Shown here in pieces: positions 16,227 through 23,806 of a stretch of DNA of 51,171 nucleotides. Both the position numbers and the translations under genes were made by a program. The notes under the pieces are model-generated. The model did no database searches, was not told the origin of the DNA, and worked only from the letters and a program-made list of their open reading frames with translations. Location: positions 1 to 51,171 of the IMG/VR virus record IMGVR_UViG_3300032157_000012; one strand, written 5' to 3'. Numbering within the stretch: the first letter of the stretch is position 1; each line of letters begins with the position of its first letter. This DNA is from a virus.

Positions 16227-16607
16227 TTAGCGGATCTCGGGCTGCGGGATGATCGTGGCCGGCTTGAAGACGACCTTGTAGTGGCTCTTGCTGACGCCGA
16301 TCTCGTCGATCTGCTCCGAGAACATGGTGACGTTGTCGCTGCGGCCCAGCAGGTGCTTCTTGTAGCCCTTGCCGATCTTGCAGGTGATTGTGTACCTGGC
16401 GGGGTCGGTCATGTCGACCGAGCAGTAGCCCGTGGCCTCGAGGATGTACTCGCCGGTGATGCCGTTGTAGAAGATGGTCCTGCGGAGGACGTTGAAGTTG
16501 TCAGCCTCCTTGGCGAGGTTCTCGTTCACGACGTCGGCGTCGGAGGTACACGCGGTTGCACCGAATAGCAGTACCCCGGCGAGGAGAACTGCAGTGATCT
16601 TCTTCAT
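16227..16607 (-). CDS. lipoprotein
   Basis: Track ORF trimmed to ATG 16607. MKKITAVLLAGVLLFGATAC, a signal peptide with a lipobox-like Cys. Confidence 0.65.
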   Translation of the reverse strand: MKKITAVLLAGVLLFGATACTSDADVVNENLAKEADNFNVLRRTIFYNGITGEYILEATGYCSVDMTDPARYTITCKIGKGYKKHLLGRSDNVTMFSEQIDEIGVSKSHYKVVFKPATIIPQPEIR

Positions 16608-16626
16608 GACGTTACCTTTCTTGTAG

Positions 16627-16914
16627 TTAGTTCCAGGCACCGAATGCTGCTGCGGTGAAGTAGCTCGCGATAGAAACGATCGCCACCACGGGGATGATGG
16701 CCGTGAGGTACACCGCCTTGCGGATCTCCGGAGAGGCCATGGACGAAGCACCGTTCGCGCTGCCGGAGTTACGAGACTTGTCGGCGCGGGTGGTCTTCTT
16801 GACTTTGGGCTTGTTGGCCTTCTTGCCGCCCCTGTGGTTGGAGCTGCCAGAGTTCTTCCCGGCGTAGCCACCGTGAGAACGCCCCTCGTTCTCCATGCGT
16901 TCGTTGTTGGGCAT
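16627..16914 (-). CDS. membrane-anchored basic protein (C-terminal TM)
   Basis: G/S/K/N-rich N-terminus, then AVYLTAIIPVVAIVSIASYFTAAAFGAW. Confidence 0.5.
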   Translation of the reverse strand: MPNNERMENEGRSHGGYAGKNSGSSNHRGGKKANKPKVKKTTRADKSRNSGSANGASSMASPEIRKAVYLTAIIPVVAIVSIASYFTAAAFGAWN

Positions 16915-16915
16915 G

Positions 16916-18439
16916 TCAGCTCCTTACTACTGCAGGGTCGAGAACGGCCTTGAGCCATTCCCACTTCATTTCGATTCGCTCGTTTCGCCGCCGGTCAACG
17001 GTGTCTCGAGCAACGAGCCGGAGAATGAGGACGGCGTTCTTTTGTCCCAGACGATGCAGACGATCCTCAGCCTGTTTGTTTTTCGTGGGGCTCCAATCCC
17101 AGTCCAGGAAAATGCAGATCGAAGCAGCAGTAAGGGTGATACCCACACCACCCGCCTTAATGGTACTGCAAAAGACCCTACGCTTCCCTGCCTGGAACTC
17201 CTCGATAAATAGATCACGATCCGTCTGTTTAGTGTCACCAGTAAGAACCCCATGGGGGATCTTAGCAGCCCGAAGGCGGGCCGCCAGTAGGTTGATGGCC
17301 TGCTTGCTCTGTCCGAAAACCACGACTTGCCCATTGGTTGCCTCAATGAGATCCATTGTCGCGTCGAGCTTACAACTCGGTTCGTCAAGCTCCAGGTACT
17401 GAGTCGGAACCTGGTACGATGTAGCGTACGGTAGCCCCTTGAGTGCACGGAACTCTAGCTGTCTCTCCGTGTACTTGACCGTATTGATCTTGGTCACAAG
17501 CTTACCGTACGCGACAGCGAACTGCTGGAGCCTGACGAGCTGGCTAACAACGTTCACGGCCGGGACAGGTTGGTCCTCGTTCTTACCTACCCAAGCCAGC
17601 ATGTCCTTCGCCATCGCGTCGTATGCTGACCGCTGCTTCGGGTGGAGGTCGACGGGAATGTCGTCGTAGGTTTTCTCCGGAATGTCTTCCCAGACTTCTT
17701 CCTTCGTACGACGAACGTATGCCATCCCCATCGCTTGGTGGATCGTGTCTACTTCAGCGAAGCCGCACACTTCCGTAAAGCTTCTACGGTGGTAGCCTCC
17801 GCAGCCTTCAGCCAGACACGTACCGTCGTTGTGCTTCTTCTGCATCACGTGACGGTTGAAGAAGGCCCAGTAGCTGGTCCACCTCTTCGGCCACAGCCAG
17901 TTCAAGACTGACCATGCGTCGTCTGGTCTGTTGTCTGCCCACGTACCGGACAAGCCTGTCTTGTAGACTGTCCGTAGCTTCTTGAAGTACTGTGTCTGCT
18001 GCGCCTTTCGGTTCTTGATGTTCTGGATCTCGTCGCCGATGATGTGGAACCATCCTACGGTCTGGAGCTCCTCGTGAATGAACCGAAGGCCTTGCCAGTG
18101 GCACACGAAGATCTGGTACTCGTCACTCTTCAGTGCCTCGACGAACTCTTGCCTGTTCTTCCTATCGATCACCTTCACTTTCAGTTGAGGTGCCCAGTTG
18201 TTGTAGTGCTTCTCCCAAGCACCCATGACCGAGGTCATTGTCACGACGAGAGTCTTACCTGTACTCTGTTGTGCCTTACGGTAGCCGGCATCCAGTTCGA
18301 TAGCCTCGATCGTCTTACCGAGACCCATATCGTCACCGATGAGCACTGAGGTGTCAGGAGTACCTCTACGGTACATCTCCCACTGGTGCTCCTGGATCTG
18401 CTTCAAGGCATCGTCTTGGAACTTGTGGAGAGTGAACAT
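16916..18439 (-). CDS. SNF2-family helicase
   Basis: LIGDDMGLGKTIEAI, IIGDEIQNIKN, GLSGTWADN, KAGGVGITLTAAS, QAEDRLHRLGQ. Confidence 0.9.
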   Translation of the reverse strand: MFTLHKFQDDALKQIQEHQWEMYRRGTPDTSVLIGDDMGLGKTIEAIELDAGYRKAQQSTGKTLVVTMTSVMGAWEKHYNNWAPQLKVKVIDRKNRQEFVEALKSDEYQIFVCHWQGLRFIHEELQTVGWFHIIGDEIQNIKNRKAQQTQYFKKLRTVYKTGLSGTWADNRPDDAWSVLNWLWPKRWTSYWAFFNRHVMQKKHNDGTCLAEGCGGYHRRSFTEVCGFAEVDTIHQAMGMAYVRRTKEEVWEDIPEKTYDDIPVDLHPKQRSAYDAMAKDMLAWVGKNEDQPVPAVNVVSQLVRLQQFAVAYGKLVTKINTVKYTERQLEFRALKGLPYATSYQVPTQYLELDEPSCKLDATMDLIEATNGQVVVFGQSKQAINLLAARLRAAKIPHGVLTGDTKQTDRDLFIEEFQAGKRRVFCSTIKAGGVGITLTAASICIFLDWDWSPTKNKQAEDRLHRLGQKNAVLILRLVARDTVDRRRNERIEMKWEWLKAVLDPAVVRS

Positions 18440-18585
18440 CAGTCGCCACGCGTCCAGGAGATATCGAAGCGTCCGATGCTGAGCAAGAACACGTAGGCGC
18501 GACCGTTAAGCATGAAGTAGAAGTAGCCCTTCTTGCTCTGGAAGACACGCTGCTTACGCTTCTGCCCTTTCTCCCAGCTTGTCAT
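18439..18585 (-). CDS. candidate 48-aa basic protein (below the track cutoff)
   Basis: Hand translation: MTSWEKGQKRKQRVFQSKKGYFYFMLNGRAYVFLLSIGRFDISWTRGD. TGATG overlap with the helicase start; ATGA overlap upstream. Confidence 0.4.
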   Translation of the reverse strand: MTSWEKGQKRKQRVFQSKKGYFYFMLNGRAYVFLLSIGRFDISWTRGD

Positions 18586-18848
18586 TGACACCACCTACAC
18601 AATTGTCGTGGACCATACCTTGCGTGGAGGAGGCCCAGCTCGTGGATCCAGTGACTTACGTCAGCGTCACCGAGAAGGGCCAGGTACTGAGGAGCGACAA
18701 TCCTTCCACACACGGCAGGGATGACAGCTATTAGCCCATGGGTCTTGGTTGGCTGCAGTGCTGTCAGTGAGTGATTAATCCTGTGGATGGTCGTCGCCTG
18801 AGGGTTCAGACTGGTGAAGTGGTTCTGAATCAGAAACCTGCCCTGCAT
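18582..18848 (-). CDS. hypothetical protein
   Basis: 88-aa ORF. Strong SD (GGAGGTG, 4 nt before ATG 18848). Overlaps the 3-prime 74 nt of 18775..19026. Confidence 0.4.
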   Translation of the reverse strand: MQGRFLIQNHFTSLNPQATTIHRINHSLTALQPTKTHGLIAVIPAVCGRIVAPQYLALLGDADVSHWIHELGLLHARYGPRQLCRWCQ

Positions 18849-19026
18849 TGTTCACCTCCAGTCCGAAGTAAGTGTCGGCCTCAGCGATGATGACCACCTT
18901 GCGTCCGCAGTCGCACAGTCGCTGCTCGAGCTTGCCTGCTCGGATAGCTGCATAGACCTTCTGAGGGTAGAGGTCACGCAGCTTAGCATACTGGATGACG
19001 GGAAGTCGAGTGACCTCTACCTCCAT
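18775..19026 (-). CDS. putative HTH DNA-binding protein (excisionase/MerR-like helix-turn-helix)
   Basis: VIQYAKLRDLYPQKVYAAIRAGKL near the N-terminus. Confidence 0.45.
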   Translation of the reverse strand: MEVEVTRLPVIQYAKLRDLYPQKVYAAIRAGKLEQRLCDCGRKVVIIAEADTYFGLEVNNAGQVSDSEPLHQSEPSGDDHPQD

Positions 19027-19027
19027 C

Positions 19028-19399
19028 TCAGGCTACCTGCACCATCCGATAGATGTGTGCGTCGTCATCCACCACGACCATCTCGCCGTCGACCTCCTTG
19101 ATGATGGTCACGGTGAGACGTTCGAGGCTCTGGGTCACAGAGGACTTCTTGTCGCCTGGCGGGTCGAACTGCCATGCACCCGAGTGAAGCTTCTTGACGG
19201 GGTAGTTGTACTTCTTCTGCATGTCGCCGTTGGTCACGTGCGCCATGGTGCCCATGATCTGGCCACGATCGTATGTACCCTTGAAGTGCTTTGTCAGCTC
19301 CTCGATCGTGATACCTCTGTCAGGGTTGTTCCAGAAGTACTGCAGGATGTCCTGCTGACGGCCTCGTGAGTACTTACCTGCTCCTGGTGCTGTTGCCAT
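19028..19399 (-). CDS. putative winged-helix DNA-binding protein
   Basis: RQQDILQYFWNNPDRGITIEELTKHF. GGGAGAGGGA SD. Immediately downstream of the GNCTAACC repeat cluster. Confidence 0.5.
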   Translation of the reverse strand: MATAPGAGKYSRGRQQDILQYFWNNPDRGITIEELTKHFKGTYDRGQIMGTMAHVTNGDMQKKYNYPVKKLHSGAWQFDPPGDKKSSVTQSLERLTVTIIKEVDGEMVVVDDDAHIYRMVQVA

Positions 19400-19437
19400 C
19401 GGGATCCCTCTCCCTTGGTTTCTAGTTACGCTGTTGA

Positions 19438-19533
19438 GTTTAGACGTTGATTGGACAAGTTAGCCAATAGGTTAGCCGCGATGACTTCGTGTCTGTGTAG
19501 AGCTCTGTAGGGCGGTTAGACTACGAGTTAGCC
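19438..19533 (-). repeat. cluster of 5 GGTTAG(A/C)C-family octamers (read GNCTAACC on the - strand)
   Basis: Copies at 19438-45, 19458-65, 19470-77, 19514-21 and 19526-33. GGCTAACCTATTGGCTAACT (- strand) matches GACTAACCTATCGGCTAACC at 29452-71. Confidence 0.75.
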
Positions 19534-19673
19534 TTAGGCTTCTCGAGAGTCGACCAGATGAGGTGACCAGCGATTACGTCCTGGGTGAGCTGACGGCCGT
19601 CACGGAAGCGTCCGTAGCGGTCGGCTCCACCAGCGACACGACGACGGCGCTTGTAGGCGGTCTCGTTCTTCAT
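19521..19673 (-). CDS. candidate 50-aa basic protein (below the track cutoff)
   Basis: Hand translation: MKNETAYKRRRRVAGGADRYGRFRDGRQLTQDVIAGHLIWSTLEKPKANS. GAGGAG 5 nt before the ATG. Confidence 0.35.
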   Translation of the reverse strand: MKNETAYKRRRRVAGGADRYGRFRDGRQLTQDVIAGHLIWSTLEKPKANS

Positions 19674-19682
19674 GACAACTCC

Positions 19683-20003
19683 TCAGTAGTGACCGATTTC
19701 GTAGCCAGGCTTCTGCTCGGCTGCGACCTGCTGGGCCAGTGCGTCACGGACCTGCTGCTTAGCAGCTTCCGTCATGGTGTTCTTGAACTGTCGAGGACGA
19801 CTACGATCCGTCTGAGGGTCAGGGATCGTACCGTCAGGGCGCTTCTGAACGATCCACCCCATGTCATGGAACGAACAGTTGCTCTCGGGGCACACGAGGG
19901 TATAGATGGTACCCTCGCCCTTAACGTTACGCTGCGAGATGACCTTGCCCGTGAAGGCACCGTCTCTCGGACACAGGCTCGCCTCTTCCCACGTCGTGCT
20001 CAT
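19683..20003 (-). CDS. hypothetical zinc-ribbon-like protein
   Basis: 106 aa. One Cys (LCPRDG) plus a CxxxxC pair (VCPESNCSFHD). Confidence 0.55.
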   Translation of the reverse strand: MSTTWEEASLCPRDGAFTGKVISQRNVKGEGTIYTLVCPESNCSFHDMGWIVQKRPDGTIPDPQTDRSRPRQFKNTMTEAAKQQVRDALAQQVAAEQKPGYEIGHY

Positions 20004-20257
20004 GGTCGCGTCCAGACGAACACGCCGAGGGAAATGGTGAAGATCACGTACGCCAGGAGAACGAACGCTGCGATCCAGATGAGGTAGTCGACGGAGGACT
20101 TTGGCTGGAGCTCGAGCTTCTTGATACGACTGTCAAGAGCCGTCATGGTCTCGACAGCATCCTGAACGAAGTTGTCATGCTCCGCCTGCTGAGAGGCATA
20201 CGCCTTCTTCAGCTCCTCGACCTGCTCCTGCGTGTGACGCTGGTACAGATCGCTCAC
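20000..20257 (-). CDS. coiled-coil protein with a C-terminal TM helix
   Basis: YLIWIAAFVLLAYVIFTISLGVFVW. 4-nt overlaps. Confidence 0.55.
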   Translation of the reverse strand: MSDLYQRHTQEQVEELKKAYASQQAEHDNFVQDAVETMTALDSRIKKLELQPKSSVDYLIWIAAFVLLAYVIFTISLGVFVWTRP

Positions 20258-20724
20258 AGCTTCGCCTCCAGTCTGTCGATGCGCCTGGTAGCGCTCTCGA
20301 CCTCGTCAGTAAGTCCGTGGACCATACGGGTCAGGTCCTTGACACGCTGCTCGAGCATCTTGACGCCGCCCTTGGGGACGCGATTGCGATCCATGATCGC
20401 GCGGAAGCCCTCTTCGGTGGGTGGTGCGTGAAGGATCCACTTGCTCATGGCAGAGCCGCCACCCCGACGGAGCTGCTCCATGCAGTTCTGCCCCTTCAGA
20501 GCATCCATGATCCGCGTGTAGTACGGGTTCGCGATCTGAAGGTCAGCGAACAGCGTGGTTAGATGTCCTTCGTAGACGTCGACCTCCTTGGTGTTGCTGA
20601 GGTCGACCTCACCATTGTGCTGGGGGCCGATCATCTCCTTGTGGCTTCGTCGAAGCATCTCGTCGTACACACGCTTAGCGTGGTCGAAGAGCTTCGGAGT
20701 CACCTCTTCCACGGTGTCACTCAC
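20254..20724 (-). CDS. hypothetical protein
   Basis: 156-aa ORF with a coiled-coil C-terminus. Confidence 0.6.
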   Translation of the reverse strand: MSDTVEEVTPKLFDHAKRVYDEMLRRSHKEMIGPQHNGEVDLSNTKEVDVYEGHLTTLFADLQIANPYYTRIMDALKGQNCMEQLRRGGGSAMSKWILHAPPTEEGFRAIMDRNRVPKGGVKMLEQRVKDLTRMVHGLTDEVESATRRIDRLEAKL

Positions 20725-20914
20725 AGTCCATCTCCAACCTTTCCTTGAGCTGGTTCATTGTCAGATAGTCCTGCTCCAGCTCCGCATGCTGCCTGAGCAT
20801 CTCTTCCGGCGTCGTATACGTTACGTCGGACTGATGATCGACAAGCATCTCGCGGTAGCTCTCGGCAGTTTCTCCCACGATGCGAGCAGCACGTCTGTGG
20901 TCGAACGCTACCAT
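20717..20914 (-). CDS. hypothetical protein
   Basis: 65-aa ORF. ATG 20914 lies only 3 nt after a TATAAT box, so the start is uncertain. Confidence 0.45.
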   Translation of the reverse strand: MVAFDHRRAARIVGETAESYREMLVDHQSDVTYTTPEEMLRQHAELEQDYLTMNQLKERLEMDCE

Positions 20915-20917
20915 CTT

Positions 20918-20946
20918 ATTATACCTTGTTCCTCAATGGAAATCAC
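20918..20946 (-). promoter_or_regulatory. sigma70-like promoter (class II): GTGATT-N17-TATAAT
   Basis: - strand reads ccGTGATTtccattgaggaacaaggTATAAT. Confidence 0.55.
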
Positions 20947-20960
20947 GGGTAAAAGGTAGA

Positions 20961-21002
20961 AGAATGGCCCGTAGATCACGGAGGAAACCTACGGGCCATT
21001 CT
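20961..21002 (-). terminator. intrinsic-terminator-like hairpin (14-bp perfect stem, 14-nt loop)
   Basis: agaatggcccgtag / ctacgggccattct, followed on the - strand by tctaccttttaccc. Lies between gene 21166..21780 and the class II promoter. Confidence 0.55.
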
Positions 21003-21165
21003 CCTTGGGCGTCAGTCCTTCGTCTGCCGCGATCACGTCCGGCTCGACGAGCTGCATCTGGAACTTAGTCCACCTGGTCTTTCACCAGAACCCACCTTCA
21101 GGAAATCGGACTTACGAAGTACAGCGGCACGAAGGCCAAGTACATGCTGCCGCCTGAAGCTTACC

Positions 21166-21780
21166 TTACTCGGCCTCGACGAGCTCCGGCTGGCCCTCGG
21201 CGACCGCCTCAGGAGTCGTCTCGGTGGCCTTGGCGGCCTTCTTGTCCGCCTTCTCCTTGGCGGCGACCTTGGACGCCTTGACGCGAGCGTCCTTGGCCTC
21301 CCACCACGCGATCGCCTTCTCGGCGTCGACGACGGCCGCACGACCCTCGGCAGGCTCGGACGGGAAGGGGTTCTTGCTGGTCGGGCCGTTGTTCTTGATG
21401 TAGCTGTACACGACCTGCGGAGCGACGGTGATCTCGGCGGCCTCCGAGTCGGTCTCGCGAGCCTTGGCGGTCAGGTGGGCCGACAGGAGCTTGGCGAAGG
21501 CGACGGGGCTAACCTTGCCCTCCGGAACCGGCGGACGCGCCGGTGCCTTGGTCTCGGTCTTGGCCGGCTCGACGGGCTGGGTGGTGGCAACACTGTCCTC
21601 GGCGTCGGCGACGGCAGGGGCGTCGACGTCCACGTCCTGGTCGAAGGCGAGGTCCTGGTCGGCGGCCTCGGGGGCGTCGAAGGTGGGCTCGACGGTCTCG
21701 GTGTTCACAGTGTACTCCTCGACAGTGGGTTCAGGGGTAACCTCGGACGCACGTCGTCCTCGGCCTCGGTTGATGGGCAT
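21166..21780 (-). CDS. hypothetical protein: acidic N-terminal half, Lys/Ala-rich C-terminus; leaderless-type start
   Basis: 204 aa. ATG 21780 lies exactly 6 nt downstream of TATAAT (21792-21787). Confidence 0.6.
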   Translation of the reverse strand: MPINRGRGRRASEVTPEPTVEEYTVNTETVEPTFDAPEAADQDLAFDQDVDVDAPAVADAEDSVATTQPVEPAKTETKAPARPPVPEGKVSPVAFAKLLSAHLTAKARETDSEAAEITVAPQVVYSYIKNNGPTSKNPFPSEPAEGRAAVVDAEKAIAWWEAKDARVKASKVAAKEKADKKAAKATETTPEAVAEGQPELVEAE

Positions 21781-21786
21781 GATGTA

Positions 21787-21815
21787 ATTATACTCCCTCG
21801 GTCTTGGAATCTCAC
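21787..21815 (-). promoter_or_regulatory. sigma70-like promoter (class II): GTGAGA-N17-TATAAT-N6-ATG
   Basis: - strand reads ccGTGAGAttccaagaccgagggagTATAATtacatcATG. Confidence 0.55.
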
Positions 21816-21834
21816 GGGTCTAGCGCAAGATTCT

Positions 21835-22095
21835 TTACGGACTTACGTATTCAGTTTTCTCGTGCTCGAGACGGATCTCGGTCAGCTTATACCTGGTGAT
21901 GTTCTTCTTGGCCTCGACTCCGGAGTACTGGTGACTCCAGTTGATGCCGAAGCGACGGATCATCTCCAGGCGCGTGCCCATGTACGTGCCCTTGAGCACC
22001 ACATAGTTCTGGAACAGAGTCTTCCCCGTCGGTGGCCAGACGTGGTCGTGACCGAACGTGAAGACGTAGTCTTGAACCTTCTCCTCTTCAGGCAC
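21835..22095 (-). CDS. hypothetical protein
   Basis: Track ORF 21835..22164 trimmed to GTG 22095 (GAGAGGAG upstream), because promoter P1 lies inside the longer ORF. Confidence 0.5.
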   Translation of the reverse strand: MPEEEKVQDYVFTFGHDHVWPPTGKTLFQNYVVLKGTYMGTRLEMIRRFGINWSHQYSGVEAKKNITRYKLTEIRLEHEKTEYVSP

Positions 22096-22126
22096 TTCGC
22101 TCCTCTCAGCTTTTTGCGCTGTTTCA

Positions 22127-22157
22127 ATTATATCTGAGGTCCTACGCACCCCTTCAA
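22127..22157 (-). promoter_or_regulatory. sigma70-like promoter (class I): TTGAAG-N19-TATAAT
   Basis: - strand reads cctcTTGAAGgggtgcgtaggacctcagaTATAATtgaa. Spacer conserved with 23911-23940 and 26826-26856. Confidence 0.65.
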
Positions 22158-22570
22158 GAGGCACTCTCAGAAATTTTTTGATGCGGCGTTGGTTCAGGAA
22201 CGTTGCTCGGAGGCAACGAAGTCACAGGTGAAGCTGAGTACGTCGGAACGGCCTTCGAAGAAGGCTTCGGGGACGGTGTCCTCGTAGCGTGTGGAGTCTT
22301 GGAAGGAGTCTTCCGACGTTGTTTAACATGCCTCTGTGTCGGTCTCACGAACTCCACACGGCGCTGGGTTCCTGTTGTCGTCTTAGAAGGGACGACGATT
22401 GGTTCAGGACGTTCTCCCAGGTCGCTGTAGCTTCCTGTGGAAGCTGAAGGTTGAGGTATGGGGTCGTAGTCCTTCTTGGAAACGCCGATGACGCTGCCTA
22501 GTGCTATGGCAGGTATGAGACCTACCCCGACGACTGCACTGAAGAGTTGCACCGGCGTGCGAATGTGCAT
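22154..22570 (-). CDS. membrane protein (N-terminal TM, P/S/T-rich tail)
   Basis: AAAGGAG 4 nt before ATG 22570. LFSAVVGVGLIPAIALGSVIGV. Contains the tripartite element 22288-22360. Confidence 0.5.
   Translation of the reverse strand: MHIRTPVQLFSAVVGVGLIPAIALGSVIGVSKKDYDPIPQPSASTGSYSDLGERPEPIVVPSKTTTGTQRRVEFVRPTQRHVKQRRKTPSKTPHATRTPSPKPSSKAVPTYSASPVTSLPPSNVPEPTPHQKISESAS
22288..22360 (-). promoter_or_regulatory. full tripartite element: CGTGTGGAGTT-N20-ATGTTAAACAA-N18-AAGACTCCACACG (- strand)
   Basis: Arms at 22350-22360 and 22288-22300; core at 22319-22329. Lies inside ORF 22154..22570. Confidence 0.6.
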
Positions 22571-22709
22571 GGCACTCCTTTCTAGTTAGGACGGTTACGT
22601 TCTGCAATTGCAGAACGGATAAGCTACCAGTTCCCCTGGAAGGATTTGAACCTTCTCGCCGTTCACGCTCCAGGCAATAGGCATTACGAACGGAGCAGGG
22701 GAAGACCAG

Positions 22710-23003
22710 TTAGGGCCGATGGTGCCTTCTTGGGAAGAACTTCGGGTGTATTCGCTTGGTCTGGCGCTTTCTGATGCCGTACGTGTTGGAGTAGTACGTC
22801 ACCTTCAGCCAGCCGTCTTCATAGACACCTTCGACGACGACCTGCTGGTCGTCAGAGTTACGAATCCAGGTTCCGAGAAGAGACTCGGTAGGCTCCTGGG
22901 CCGAGGAGGCAGACGGCGCGGGGCTGTTCGTAGAGGACGACGTCGTAGGTAGCGTTGGGGAGGAGGCTCCTCGCTCCTGTGGCGATGCGAACTTCTCGGT
23001 CAC
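22710..23003 (-). CDS. hypothetical protein (only the C-terminal half looks protein-like)
   Basis: GTG 23003. WIRNSDDQQVVVEGVYEDGWLKVTYYSNTYG. The N-terminal S/P/T-rich part overlaps 22858..23055. Confidence 0.35.
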   Translation of the reverse strand: MTEKFASPQERGASSPTLPTTSSSTNSPAPSASSAQEPTESLLGTWIRNSDDQQVVVEGVYEDGWLKVTYYSNTYGIRKRQTKRIHPKFFPRRHHRP

Positions 23004-23055
23004 CGTTCTTCTCCAAGTCCTCTTGAGCCGCCTTCACCAGCTCAGATAGGCGCAT
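22858..23055 (-). CDS. hypothetical protein
   Basis: MRLSELVKAAQEDLEKNGDREVRI. Overlaps 22710..23003 by 146 nt in another frame. Confidence 0.4.
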   Translation of the reverse strand: MRLSELVKAAQEDLEKNGDREVRIATGARSLLPNATYDVVLYEQPRAVCLLGPGAYRVSSRNLDS

Positions 23056-23239
23056 TCAGAACCTCCTCCAGTGTCATGTCCTTCGGAACGAAGGTCTTTG
23101 GGCGAGCCTTGCGCAGGTAGCCCTGCTCGTTGTACGTGCCGAGGTCAGCGTTAGCACGCCGAACAGCCTGAATCCTCCGTACGTTCTTGCGATGCGGACG
23201 CCGAGAGCGCGCCGTTGAAGTTCCGTGACCCCGGCTCAC
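23042..23239 (-). CDS. small basic protein
   Basis: Track ORF trimmed to GTG 23239 (GTGA overlap with the upstream stop). Confidence 0.45.
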   Translation of the reverse strand: MSRGHGTSTARSRRPHRKNVRRIQAVRRANADLGTYNEQGYLRKARPKTFVPKDMTLEEVLNAPI

Positions 23240-23787
23240 TTGCTGTCCTCGACCTTCGGAGCCTTCCACTCCTTGAGCTTCTCACCGCCGGTGACGACGA
23301 TGATCGAGCTGAGGTTGCCGAGGCCGATGTACTCGAGCAGCTGTCGCCAGGTGAAGGCACGACTCGAGGAGCCCGAGACGCGCCAGAGGCCGTTCGGGTC
23401 TGACTTGACAGCAGCGAAGGCGTGCTCGACCATGTCGGGTCCGGTCTTGGTGTAGGCCAGGATCTGCCCGCTCTCGAACGGATCCTGCTGCGGGATGCCC
23501 TTCAGGTGCTCAGCCACGGCTGCGAGTCGGGCAGACTCCCTGAGGTAGAAGTCCGGATCGAAGGTCTGGTTGGTCTCGTCGAAGCTCTGCATGTCGTTGC
23601 CTTCCGTGTAGTAGTGAATTTCGGAGTTAGCAGGGTCGAACGCGGCGACGAGACGCTTGCGCATCCCTTCCTCGTGCCCGCGCACGAGTGCGTCGAGCGG
23701 ACTGCTCTCCAGAAGCTGGTGGTCGTACTTCTTGAGCTCCGGGTTACTCCTGAACAGTTCGGACCAGAAGCTGGTGTTCTCCTCCAT
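23236..23787 (-). CDS. hypothetical protein
   Basis: 183 aa. GGGAGG before ATG 23787. Confidence 0.65.
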   Translation of the reverse strand: MEENTSFWSELFRSNPELKKYDHQLLESSPLDALVRGHEEGMRKRLVAAFDPANSEIHYYTEGNDMQSFDETNQTFDPDFYLRESARLAAVAEHLKGIPQQDPFESGQILAYTKTGPDMVEHAFAAVKSDPNGLWRVSGSSSRAFTWRQLLEYIGLGNLSSIIVVTGGEKLKEWKAPKVEDSK

Positions 23788-23806
23788 GTAGGTTACCTCC
23801 CTTCCG

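Noticed and set aside
16227-16964. 245-aa version of the lipoprotein ORF, and the Arg-rich ORFs 21033..21341 and 11134..11406
   Set aside because: The upstream parts are R/P/S-rich out-of-frame readings of neighbouring genes or intergenic DNA. The internal ATG at 16607 gives a canonical signal peptide.
21003-21165. Possible small gene or ncRNA in the 163-bp gap upstream of the terminator hairpin
   Set aside because: Only 15- and 22-codon ORFs without an SD are present, and no convincing structure was seen by eye. Left unannotated.
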